Of a stretch of 64,000 nt of DNA, positions 55,916-64,000 are shown in pieces. Below the pieces are notes generated by a model. It was given only the letters and a program-made list of their open reading frames with translations, had not been told where the DNA came from and ran no database searches. Numbering within the stretch: position 1 is the first letter of the stretch; each line of letters begins with the position of its first letter. This DNA is from an uncultured Planctomycetales bacterium (lineage in GTDB: Bacteria > Omnitrophota > Gorgyraeia > Zapsychrales > Aceulaceae), in the NCBI GenBank assembly GCA_964648665.1, contig CAZYOA010000001.1, positions 176,128 to 240,127 of the forward strand. The letters run 5' to 3'. The translations under genes and the position numbers were made by a program.

Positions 55916-55950
55916 GGCTCGCTTGATAAAATAAGCGAGCCTTTTTATTT
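55916..55950 (+). terminator. Rho-independent terminator
   Basis: Stem GGCTCGCTT (55916-24) / AAGCGAGCC (55933-41), 8-nt loop, followed by TTTTTATTT. Confidence 0.8.
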
Positions 55951-56004
55951 GCAAATTTTTGTTAAAAACCATAGACATTAATACAAATATGTTATAATAA
56001 AAAC

Positions 56005-57261
56005 ATGAAAAATCGAAGTATTTGTTTTTTGATTGGCACTCTTTTTATTTCTTCTATTTTTCTTCAAAATGTTTTTGCCCAACTAAACATAGATCCTAAT
56101 TTAGAGAAAAATGAAGTTTATCAAAGTTATTTAGACTTCTTTGAAGAAATTTATCTGACGATGGATCAAAAGTATTATTATCCAATTCGTAGAAACGATT
56201 TTGATCGTTTCTTGAAGAAGTTTGATTCGGAAATCTACACAAAGATCGACGACAGAAAGAATTTTGATGATTTCATTTCGATGCGCTCGGGAGCGTTGCT
56301 TGTTGATTTCTTAAAGACAAAAGAAGATATCTTTTCAGCTTTATTTCCTCCTCAGGCTGTTGATGATTTTAAGGATGAAGTGTTGGGCAGAAAATCTGAT
56401 CTTGGCATTGAAGGGGAGTTGACAGAGCAAGGGTATCGTGTAACTTTTATTGAGCCAAGGTCTGATGCGTTCTTAAAAGGGTTACGAGTAAATGATGTTT
56501 TAATTTCAATTGATGGCAAAAAAGTTTTGCGTTTAACAGTTGATAAAATTATCGAAAGATTAACTCCTGAAATTAGTAAGCGAGTAAAAATTCGATATTT
56601 TGATACTCAAAATCATAAAAAAACAATTGTTGTTGTATCCAAAGAATATTTTAAGCAAACTGTATTTCCAGTAGCAACATATTTGCCAAATGTTTATTGT
56701 CTTTTGATTGAGCGTTTTAATCGAAAGACATCTGAAGATTTGTCGCGCTACTTATTTATGATTAATCAGCAAGGGTCAACAGGATTAATTTTAGATTTAA
56801 GGGGTAATCCTGGAGGACCTCCGTTAGCTGCGCGTGAAATTCTTTCATTTTTTCTTGAACCAAGTCCTGAATTTGTGTATTTCTTAAGAAAAGATGATCA
56901 CCGCAATACGTTAGATGTTCCTGAGGTTCCTTTGCCGTATCGATATTCTGGGCCAATTGCAATTCTTGTTGATGAAAAAAGTGGAAGTGCTTCTGAACTT
57001 TTTTCTGGAGTTATGCAAAAGCAAAATAGAGCAGTTTTACTTGGAAAGCGAACAGCAGGACAAGTTTTCTTAAAGAGTATGTTTAATTTGGATAATGATT
57101 CTATGCTTGTTTTAGTTACGGCTAGAGGATATTTCCCGAATGGGGAGGCATTTGATTTTGATGGTTTAATGCCACAAGTTCTTGTCGACAACAAAGGTGT
57201 CGATTTATTGTATTTTGCAGCTGGTTTTTTACAGGCAAATCTTAGTAAAAATATATTTTAA
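56005..57261 (+). CDS. S41-family (C-terminal processing / tail-specific) peptidase homolog with PDZ domain
   Basis: Signal peptide; PDZ-like GIEGE...VNDVLISIDGKKV; LILDLRGNPGG; Ser block KSGSASELFSG. Confidence 0.75.
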   Translation: MKNRSICFLIGTLFISSIFLQNVFAQLNIDPNLEKNEVYQSYLDFFEEIYLTMDQKYYYPIRRNDFDRFLKKFDSEIYTKIDDRKNFDDFISMRSGALLVDFLKTKEDIFSALFPPQAVDDFKDEVLGRKSDLGIEGELTEQGYRVTFIEPRSDAFLKGLRVNDVLISIDGKKVLRLTVDKIIERLTPEISKRVKIRYFDTQNHKKTIVVVSKEYFKQTVFPVATYLPNVYCLLIERFNRKTSEDLSRYLFMINQQGSTGLILDLRGNPGGPPLAAREILSFFLEPSPEFVYFLRKDDHRNTLDVPEVPLPYRYSGPIAILVDEKSGSASELFSGVMQKQNRAVLLGKRTAGQVFLKSMFNLDNDSMLVLVTARGYFPNGEAFDFDGLMPQVLVDNKGVDLLYFAAGFLQANLSKNIF

Positions 57262-57280
57262 GAAGAATTAGGAGAATTAA

Positions 57281-57649
57281 ATGATTGAAGCCCTTACGCA
57301 AATATTTATAATGCAAATTATTTTGGGGTCGATTGTTATTTTTGTTCTTAAGAAAATTCTTGATCACCAGCTTAATGAGCTTGCTGTTAAAACATTTAAG
57401 AATGCAAAGCTTGAACCTGATGATTTAAAGCTAGGAAGCATTCTTGTATCATCGCCTTTTCGAATATCGAAGAAAATTCAAGATCGTATTGTTGAAATTG
57501 CAAAAAAGAAGTTTGGGCGCCCTATGTCTATTGTGATTAAGAAGGATCGGTCATTAAAAGGGGGCATGATTATTTATTTGAATAGTTTGATCGTTGATTA
57601 TAGTTTGGTGGGACGCCTTAAAGAGGGCGGCATTATTAGAAAGAAATAG
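57281..57649 (+). CDS. Hypothetical membrane-anchored protein with ATP-synthase delta/OSCP-like C-terminal motif
   Basis: 122 aa, N-terminal TM. The C-terminus SLKGGMIIYLNSLIVDYSLVGRL parallels the delta-subunit ending SLIGG.II..G..VID.SV.GRL. Confidence 0.4.
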   Translation: MIEALTQIFIMQIILGSIVIFVLKKILDHQLNELAVKTFKNAKLEPDDLKLGSILVSSPFRISKKIQDRIVEIAKKKFGRPMSIVIKKDRSLKGGMIIYLNSLIVDYSLVGRLKEGGIIRKK

Positions 57650-57650
57650 A

Positions 57651-58352
57651 ATGAAAATTTTAGTCATTGTTCCAGCGTTTAATGAGAGTGGTAATATAGC
57701 TCAAGTTGTTGAAGATATTCGAACAAGTGGATTTGATTGCGAGATTTTAATCGTTGATGACGGCTCTAGCGATAATACGTATGAAGCTGCAAAAATGTGC
57801 AATGTTCATGTTGCAAGATTGCCTTTTAATCTTGGAATTGGTGGGGCTGTTCAAACGGGATTTCTTTATGCAGCGCGATGTGGATTCGATATAGCGATTC
57901 AATTTGATGGAGATGGGCAGCACGATGCGCGATTTTTAGCTCAACTTATTGATCCTATTGTTAGCAGTGATGCTGATCTAGTTATTGGAAGTCGATTTTT
58001 ACCGCCAAATCTTGGATATCAGTCATCATGGGTTCGCCGTATCGGTATTCATTTCTTTTCAAATTTAATTAGTTTCTTAACTCGATTAAAAATAACTGAT
58101 CCGACATCTGGTTTTCGTGCTTGTGGAAGAAAAGTTATTGAAATTTTTTCAGAAGATTATCCTCTAGATTTTCCAGAGCCAGAATCTATTGTTGAGGTGA
58201 AACGGTGCGGACTTCGCATTCTTGAGATACCTGTTGAGATGAAACAGCGCATTTCAGGACATTCATCAATTCGATATTTTAGAACTTTGTATTATATGGT
58301 TAAGGTAACGTTTGCAATATTGTTATGCATGATTCAAACAAAAAAGAGGTAG
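57651..58352 (+). CDS. GT2-family glycosyltransferase (dolichyl/polyprenyl-phosphate sugar synthase-like)
   Basis: MKILVIVPAFNESGNI, VDDGSSDNT, FDGDGQHD. Start taken at ATG 57651 (the upstream extension overlaps the previous gene). Confidence 0.85.
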   Translation: MKILVIVPAFNESGNIAQVVEDIRTSGFDCEILIVDDGSSDNTYEAAKMCNVHVARLPFNLGIGGAVQTGFLYAARCGFDIAIQFDGDGQHDARFLAQLIDPIVSSDADLVIGSRFLPPNLGYQSSWVRRIGIHFFSNLISFLTRLKITDPTSGFRACGRKVIEIFSEDYPLDFPEPESIVEVKRCGLRILEIPVEMKQRISGHSSIRYFRTLYYMVKVTFAILLCMIQTKKR

Positions 58353-58703
58353 GTGATTATGACACTTAAAATTGTAACGATAGGGCTGTCTCTCGCAATT
58401 CTTTTTATTGTTATTGATTTTTCTCGACGAGGAAAGTTAACTTTTAAATATGCTGCTGGATGGATTTGTTTAGGAATCCTAGGAGCTGGTTTTGCAACTT
58501 TTGATCGTTTTTTATTTCTTTGTTCGGATTTCTTTGGATTTAAGTTGATGAGTAATTTTATTTTCTTTTCTTTATTTTGTTTTTTCCTTTTTTTGAGTCT
58601 TTTGTTGTCTACGTTTTTATGCGATCAAAATAAACGCAATGATATTATGGCGCAAAAGATTGCTTTGTTAGAAAAAGAAGTTTGCACTCTTAAAGGAGAA
58701 TAG
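58353..58703 (+). CDS. Small membrane protein, DUF2304-like partner of GT2 enzymes
   Basis: 116 aa with 3-4 TM plus a C-terminal coiled tail. Immediately follows the GT2 gene, an arrangement recalled as typical for DUF2304. Confidence 0.5.
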   Translation: MIMTLKIVTIGLSLAILFIVIDFSRRGKLTFKYAAGWICLGILGAGFATFDRFLFLCSDFFGFKLMSNFIFFSLFCFFLFLSLLLSTFLCDQNKRNDIMAQKIALLEKEVCTLKGE

Positions 58704-58709
58704 CTTTTC

Positions 58710-59702
58710 ATGGTAAATTCGCTTGTTTCAATAGTCGTGCCCGCATACAATGCACAAAAAACTTTAGGTTCAACTCTAAAAGCTATTTTAAGTCAGACAT
58801 ATTCAGATTCTATAGAAATTATTGTTGTAGATGATGGATCAACTGATCAAACAACAGATCTTGTTAAGTCTTTTGAAAATATTGTTTATATTTATCAAAA
58901 AAATGCAGGTCCAGCAACAGCGCGAAATCGTGGCTTTTCAATAGCTAAAGGCGATTTTGTTTTTTTTACGGATTCAGATTGTATTCCTCATGTAGATTGG
59001 ATTCAAAAATCAATGGATCATTTTTCTGATATCTCGATTGGTGTTGTTTGCGGTAGCTATGGGATTGCAAATCCAAAGAATTTATTAGCAAGATGCATCC
59101 ACAAAGAAATTCTCTTTCGTCACAAAACCCTTATGCCAGATTTTCCCAAGTCTTTTGGTAGCTATAACTTTTGCGTCAGAAAGAATATTTTTGAAGCTGC
59201 TGGCGGGTTTGATTCTCAGTACCGTAGCCCAAGCGGGGAGGATAACAATTTAAGTTATAAAATTTTAAATCTGGGATCAAAGATCTATTTTGAGCGTAGG
59301 TCTATTGTTGATCATTTTTTCCCAGTTTCTTTTAAAAAATATTTTTTAGAACAGTTTCGTCATGGATTCTGGCGTGTTAAAGTTTATATTAGCCATCCGC
59401 TTATGGCTCGAGGAGACGACTACACTTTTTGGAAAGATATTGCTGAACCTGGACTTGTTTTTAGTTTTTTAATGGCAACTCTTTTGTCTATAGTCGGTTT
59501 TCCTGTTTTCTCGGGTGCAATTTTATTGCTTCTTTTGCTTCTTGCAATTGAGCTTTTTTATGGATTTTTAATGACAAAAAATGTGCCGGAAGGCATCTTT
59601 TTGTCTGGCATTATGTTTATTCGTTCATTCTATCGAAGCCTCGGCTTTGCTTACGGAATCACCCGTTTTTTCCTTCCAAAGTTATTCAAAAAGAATCAAT
59701 AA
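58710..59702 (+). CDS. GT2-family glycosyltransferase with C-terminal TM helices
   Basis: VSIVVPAYNA, VDDGSTD, FTDSDC, GEDNNLSY (ED-type motif). Confidence 0.8.
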   Translation: MVNSLVSIVVPAYNAQKTLGSTLKAILSQTYSDSIEIIVVDDGSTDQTTDLVKSFENIVYIYQKNAGPATARNRGFSIAKGDFVFFTDSDCIPHVDWIQKSMDHFSDISIGVVCGSYGIANPKNLLARCIHKEILFRHKTLMPDFPKSFGSYNFCVRKNIFEAAGGFDSQYRSPSGEDNNLSYKILNLGSKIYFERRSIVDHFFPVSFKKYFLEQFRHGFWRVKVYISHPLMARGDDYTFWKDIAEPGLVFSFLMATLLSIVGFPVFSGAILLLLLLLAIELFYGFLMTKNVPEGIFLSGIMFIRSFYRSLGFAYGITRFFLPKLFKKNQ

Positions 59703-59767
59703 GTACTTGCAAAGACAGGTACTTATGATAAGATACTCCTATCAAATATATATATTTAAATAAATAA

Positions 59768-59776
59768 TGTTATAAT
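59768..59776 (+). promoter_or_regulatory. Candidate extended -10 promoter element (TGTTATAAT)
   Basis: TGn-TATAAT read at 59768-59776, 26 nt upstream of ATG 59802. Confidence 0.4.
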
Positions 59777-59801
59777 ACATTCTAAGAGTATATAGCGTCC
59801 T

Positions 59802-60680
59802 ATGGCATACCACACACTACTCGGATTTAAAAAAGAACCTTTTTCAACCAGCCCAGATCCCCAATTCTTTTATCTTACCAAAGAACACGATATGGCATTA
59901 ACAAGCATTTTAATTGAGCTTCGTTTACGGCGCGGACTCACTGTTATTCTTGGCGATATTGGAACTGGTAAAACAACGCTTTCTAGAAAACTTGTTCAAG
60001 AGCTTAAAGATCGCGGAAATATGATTTTTCATATGATTTTAAATCCTGATTTTGAGACAGAAGAGCAATTTTTAACAACTCTTCTAAGAAACTTTGACAT
60101 TGAAATGAAAAGTGATTCTGTTTCAGATATGGCGGGAATCTTAGAGTTAAGAGACTCTGTCGAGAGGTTTCTTATTCAAAAGGCTGAGCAAAAACAAACG
60201 ATTATCTTGATTGTTGATGAAGCGCAAAAATTAAACTTAGTTACACTTGAAGTCTTACGTGTTCTTTTAAATTTTGAAACAAATGAATACAAGCTTATCC
60301 AACTCGTTCTTTTAGGTCAGCTTGAACTTTATTCGAAAATTGTTTCGATGCCAAATTTTATTGATCGTGTAAGTTTTAAATATACGTTAAACCCTCTTGA
60401 TCTCGAGGAGACAAAGGGGCTTATTCATTATCGAATACAAAAAGCTGGATATGAAGGTCACATGGAGCTTTTTAACAATGAAGCTGTCAGCGAGATTTAC
60501 AATTACTCGCGTGGATATCCTCGACACATTACAATGTTATGCCATAAAGTTTTAAAAGAATTAATTTTACAGAATCGAGAAGTTGTTGATCGCGATATTG
60601 TTTTGAGTGTTTTAGAGAAAGAGCGTCGTGTCGGGTGGGGGCGTGCTGAAAAATTCCACCGAGGAAATCCTACATTTTAA
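59802..60680 (+). CDS. ExeA/GspA/MshM-like AAA ATPase
   Basis: FGFKKEPFSTSPDPQFFY N-terminus, Walker A GDIGTGKTT, Walker B IVDEAQ, LVLLGQLEL. No C-terminal peptidoglycan-binding domain. Confidence 0.8.
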   Translation: MAYHTLLGFKKEPFSTSPDPQFFYLTKEHDMALTSILIELRLRRGLTVILGDIGTGKTTLSRKLVQELKDRGNMIFHMILNPDFETEEQFLTTLLRNFDIEMKSDSVSDMAGILELRDSVERFLIQKAEQKQTIILIVDEAQKLNLVTLEVLRVLLNFETNEYKLIQLVLLGQLELYSKIVSMPNFIDRVSFKYTLNPLDLEETKGLIHYRIQKAGYEGHMELFNNEAVSEIYNYSRGYPRHITMLCHKVLKELILQNREVVDRDIVLSVLEKERRVGWGRAEKFHRGNPTF

Positions 60681-60692
60681 TGTGCAAAGAAA

Positions 60693-61412
60693 ATGTCTAA
60701 AAAAGAAACCGCAGAACAAAAACTTTTAAAGATTATTGAAGACGGAGCTAAAGAGGAAAATCAGTCTGCATCAGCTGATCAGTCTCAGGATTCTCAGCAA
60801 ACCGAACACGTTGCTCAAGAAATTGCTTCTGCAGTAAAAGGATCAGGAGCTTCTGGTTCTTCAATCATTTCTGATTTTTCTGAAAAACTTAGAGGGTTTA
60901 ATTTTAGTGTACCAAATTTGAAATCAATTGGTCTTAAGGAGGCAAATCTTGTCTTGACGGCAATGATTATTGGTTCAGTTCTTTTTCTTGGGATTACTTA
61001 TCAGGGTGAAAATAAGAAATTATCAGCAAATTTAAATTTTGTAAAAAATATTACAAAATCAAAATTTGGTTCAGGGTCTGGAATTATGCCAAGCTATGAG
61101 AAGCTGACATCATTTTTAGAGACAATTTTAAGACGAAATATTTTTAGACCTTATGAGCAGAAAGAATCTGAAGTTGCGAGCAATGCTCCCATTGGAACTC
61201 AGAGAGTAGCTGCTAAGCTTGAGAGCTTAAAGCTAGTCGGTATTTCCTGGTTGGATATACCAGGCTCAGCATCTGCGATGGTCGAGAATGCTGAAGGGAT
61301 GACATTTTTTTTAAAAGAAGGTGAAAATATTAATCAAGTAAAAATTAAGAAGATTTACGCTGATCGTGTTATTTTTAGTTTTGAAGATCAAGAAATGGAA
61401 ATTCGTTTATGA
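60693..61412 (+). CDS. Bitopic protein with PilP/GspC-HR-like C-terminal domain (secretin-associated candidate)
   Basis: Acidic/Ser-rich N-terminus, one TM (LVLTAMIIGSVLFLGITY). C-terminus LKLVGISW...ASAMVENAEGMTFFLKEGENINQVKIKKIYADRVIFSF is typical of the PilP/GspC beta-domain pattern. Confidence 0.45.
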   Translation: MSKKETAEQKLLKIIEDGAKEENQSASADQSQDSQQTEHVAQEIASAVKGSGASGSSIISDFSEKLRGFNFSVPNLKSIGLKEANLVLTAMIIGSVLFLGITYQGENKKLSANLNFVKNITKSKFGSGSGIMPSYEKLTSFLETILRRNIFRPYEQKESEVASNAPIGTQRVAAKLESLKLVGISWLDIPGSASAMVENAEGMTFFLKEGENINQVKIKKIYADRVIFSFEDQEMEIRL

Positions 61413-63022
61413 TAAATCAAAAAAAATATACAAAATATTTGAGAATGGTTTTGTTTGTTTTGGCTTTTGTTGTTTTGATGGTTTTCCCGTCGAGAATCTT
61501 TGCTCTTGGCCCAGTGGATCAACCTCGTTCTATCCAGTTTGAGGAAAAGCAAGAACCTTTAGAAGAGCGTATTAATCGAAAGATCACACTCGACGTTAGA
61601 GATATGAATATTATCGATGTCATTAAGTTTCTAGCAATCAAGGGCGATTTTAATGTTGTAACAAGCAAAAGTGTTGAAGGACGCGTAACGCTTTATCTTA
61701 AAAGTGTTTCGATTCAAGATGCACTTGATATTGTTTTAATATCAAATGCCTTGGCTTATCAAATTCAAAATGACATTGTCCATGTTATGTCAGAGGTTGA
61801 ATACGTTGCGACTTACGGACGCAAGTTTAATGATCGAAGCGTTGTTAAGACTATGCATTTAAATTATTCAAAACCAACGTATGTTTTGTCAACGCTCGAT
61901 AGCATAAAAAGTAGTTTAGGTAAAATTGTTATCGATGAAGATACCGGAACAGTTGTCATGATCGATACTCCCGAGGCTATTGCTTTGATGGAAAAAGCTT
62001 TAGTTGAAATTGAAAAACCAATAGAAACATATACATATACTTTGCAGTATGCAAAGGCTGATGTTGTTGTCGAGAAACTAAGAGGACAACTTGAAGATAA
62101 TGCTGTCGGATCCATTATCGCTGATGAACGATCAAATCAAATTATTGTTCGTGCTTTTCCGGGTCGTCGCGATGAGATTTTAGAGGCGATAAAAAAATTA
62201 GATACAAAGACTAAAGAAGTACGTATTGAAGCTCAAATTGTACAAATAACTTTTCGTCCTCAGTATGATATCGGCATTGATTGGAATTTAGATTTTCTTG
62301 ATAGCTCTGATCCTAATATCCGAAAGCTTGATTTTGAAAATGTTTATTTAGACGAAAATAATTTGACGTCATCTGATCCGCTATATTCCCAGTTTGGAAA
62401 GATGGCCGTTGGAGTGCTTAATCAAGATCATTTTAATGCAAGTCTTCGTGCACTTAAGCAAGTTAGCGACACAAAGATTTTATCAAATCCTCAGTTGCTT
62501 GTTATTGATGGTGAGGAGGCCAAGATCCATATTGGTGACACGATCCCATATATTATATCCACAACATCGGGAACTGGTGATAACGCGATTACGAGTGAGG
62601 ATGTTCGTTTTGTTGATGTTGGTTTGAAGCTGACTGTTTCTGCAGATATTAATGACGAAGGTTTTGTAACGATGAATCTTGCTCCTGAAATTTCAACGGT
62701 GACGCGTTATGTGGATTCGCAAGGGGGAGGAATTCCTCAGGTTAATAAGACTGAAGTCGAAACATCAGTTTTGATTAAAGACGGAACGACAATTATTATG
62801 GGAGGCTTAAAGAAAGACGATAAGTCTCATGTTAAAAAAGGTTTTCCGCTTTTAATGGATATTCCGTTTATTGGAAAATTGTTTAGTGCGACAAGTGATG
62901 ATATTTCAAAAACAGAAATTGTAATCTTTATTACACCTCATATCGTATCGGGTGAAGAGCATTATCTTGACGAAAAAGGCACAATTAAACCATATAAATC
63001 TTATCGGGATGAGGAATTTTAA
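61409..63022 (+). CDS. Outer-membrane secretin (PilQ/MshL/GspD family)
   Basis: Signal peptide; N0-like ITLDVRDMNIIDVIKFLA...VTLYLKSVSIQDALDIVL; secretin core ILSNPQLLVIDGEEAKIHIGD, GFPLLMDIPFIGKLFS...TEIVIFITPHIV. Confidence 0.85.
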   Translation: MINQKKYTKYLRMVLFVLAFVVLMVFPSRIFALGPVDQPRSIQFEEKQEPLEERINRKITLDVRDMNIIDVIKFLAIKGDFNVVTSKSVEGRVTLYLKSVSIQDALDIVLISNALAYQIQNDIVHVMSEVEYVATYGRKFNDRSVVKTMHLNYSKPTYVLSTLDSIKSSLGKIVIDEDTGTVVMIDTPEAIALMEKALVEIEKPIETYTYTLQYAKADVVVEKLRGQLEDNAVGSIIADERSNQIIVRAFPGRRDEILEAIKKLDTKTKEVRIEAQIVQITFRPQYDIGIDWNLDFLDSSDPNIRKLDFENVYLDENNLTSSDPLYSQFGKMAVGVLNQDHFNASLRALKQVSDTKILSNPQLLVIDGEEAKIHIGDTIPYIISTTSGTGDNAITSEDVRFVDVGLKLTVSADINDEGFVTMNLAPEISTVTRYVDSQGGGIPQVNKTEVETSVLIKDGTTIIMGGLKKDDKSHVKKGFPLLMDIPFIGKLFSATSDDISKTEIVIFITPHIVSGEEHYLDEKGTIKPYKSYRDEEF

Positions 63023-63056
63023 TCTTTATTTTTTTTGATATTTAAAAGAGGAGCTC

Positions 63057-64000
63057 ATGAAAAAACATATTTTCCAAAATTACTTTTTAAGTTTTTTGAT
63101 CATTTTCTTGATTTTATTTTTAATGCCGATATTTGTGTATGCACAAAATAATTTTTCAAATGATTCTGTGCAGATGATTGAGACGGAAATAGGGATCGAT
63201 CAAATTGTTGGAGGAGATGATAATAATATTTTAAATCAAGAGGTGCCTTTTCTATCAGCAAAAGAAAAGCAAATGATGCAGATTAATAAAAGCTTAAAAG
63301 CGCTGATTGATGAAAATCAAAAATTAACACGTAATAATGAAGAAATTCAGGTTGAAGTTGAACGTTTGCGTGGAGAGAGAATGATTCAAGATAGTCGTTT
63401 AAATGTTTTAGCTGGTGAACGAAAAGATCTTCTTAAAAAATTTGAAAATGCGAATGCGATGACAAGAGATTATGAAAAACAACTTCAAGATTTGACAACA
63501 AGTGTGGAAAAGACAAAAGGATTAAGTGCAGAAGAAATTCGATCATTAACAGAATTAGATTCATTAATTGAAAAAGATCAAACAAGTATTGGTACCGAAG
63601 CGGAGCCTCAGGCTGTAGAAAGAGTTGTATATGCTGTAAAGCAAGAAACGGAAAGCTCATCGATTCTCTCGAAAGAAACAATTCAAGAGCTTAGTGATTT
63701 GATGCAAGAAAATCAAGTTTTGCGCAAAGATACAATTCGGCTGCATTACAATTTAGCAAATTTATTTTTTGAGCAAGGTGAATATGAAATGGCAGCAGCT
63801 GAATATAACCGCGTCTTGGATCTTATGCCGCAAGATGCGGCAACGCATTTTAATTTAGCATTTGTTAGCGAAGAATATCTTGATGATTATAAAACAGCGC
63901 TTGAGCATTACAAGAAATATTTGATTGTGAGTCCAAATGCAAAGGATGCAGGCGTTGTTAAAAATAGAATCGTGAAATTAAAACTAAAGATACGAAATAA
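63057..64000 (+). CDS. Secreted/anchored coiled-coil plus TPR-repeat protein (3' end beyond window)
   Basis: GAGGAG RBS, then ATG 63057. Hydrophobic N-terminus MKKHIFQNYFLSFLIIFLILFLMPIFVYAQ, heptad-rich middle. TPR-like LHYNLANLFFEQGEYEMAAAEYNRVLDLMPQDAATHFNLAFV. The frame is open to the window end. Confidence 0.6.
   Translation, partial: MKKHIFQNYFLSFLIIFLILFLMPIFVYAQNNFSNDSVQMIETEIGIDQIVGGDDNNILNQEVPFLSAKEKQMMQINKSLKALIDENQKLTRNNEEIQVEVERLRGERMIQDSRLNVLAGERKDLLKKFENANAMTRDYEKQLQDLTTSVEKTKGLSAEEIRSLTELDSLIEKDQTSIGTEAEPQAVERVVYAVKQETESSSILSKETIQELSDLMQENQVLRKDTIRLHYNLANLFFEQGEYEMAAAEYNRVLDLMPQDAATHFNLAFVSEEYLDDYKTALEHYKKYLIVSPNAKDAGVVKNRIVKLKLKIRN

Overview
This is a 64-kb, gene-dense, low-GC chromosomal window (about mid-30s % GC by eye) from a diderm-type bacterium. 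Evidence for the diderm type: a MurE DNPR motif (meso-DAP type), lipoboxes and a secretin. The gene content and a giant ORF are reminiscent of uncultivated PVC/Omnitrophota-like lineages, but that placement is only a guess. I call 63 protein-coding genes (60 on the + strand) and 2 tRNAs. I saw no rRNA, CRISPR array, transposase/IS or prophage signal. Gene order: rimO (3' fragment), pgsA-pgpA and a BI-1-like membrane protein. Next comes a 490-bp AT-rich non-coding region carrying iteron-like ACTTACT repeats, then a 2,329-aa giant ORF. The giant ORF has a signal peptide, an internal hydrophobic segment, tandem repeats, a SAM-methyltransferase-like module and a GNAT module flanked by a duplicated KGG(I/L)DFNAEN motif. 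After it come cinA (-), the riboflavin operon ribBA-ribH-nusB-PHP-ribD-ribE, and a KAS-II homolog lacking its Cys-His-His triad followed by fabG-like and fabZ-like genes. Then an atypical tRNA-Pro(CGG), acyP, a metallophosphoesterase, ligA, xerD, cca-family, rbfA-nrnA-truB-ribF. A complete-looking dcw cluster follows (mraZ, rsmH, ftsL, ftsI, murE, murF, mraY, murD, ftsW, murG, a HExxH peptidase, murC, ddl, ftsQ, ftsA). It has a consensus promoter and three 10-bp MraZ-box-like repeats, but no murB and no ftsZ. It runs without a gap into an amino-sugar / polyprenyl-phosphate glycosylation module (epimerase/dehydratase, DegT aminotransferase, PglD-like acetyltransferase, GtrB/ArnC-like GT2, two GT-C-like membrane proteins). 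The rest is tRNA-Arg(TCG), gcvT-gcvH-gcvPA-gcvPB plus a lipoate ligase-like gene, an EF-hand secreted protein, an S41 peptidase, a GT2/DUF2304-like/GT2 set, and an ExeA(MshM)-like ATPase / PilP-like / secretin / TPR module cut by the window end. The most unusual items are the giant multidomain ORF with its upstream repeat array, the ftsZ-less dcw operon fused to a glycosylation module, the triad-less ketosynthase, and the PHP phosphoesterase embedded in the rib operon. All functional calls come from motif reading of the translations. No database search was possible.
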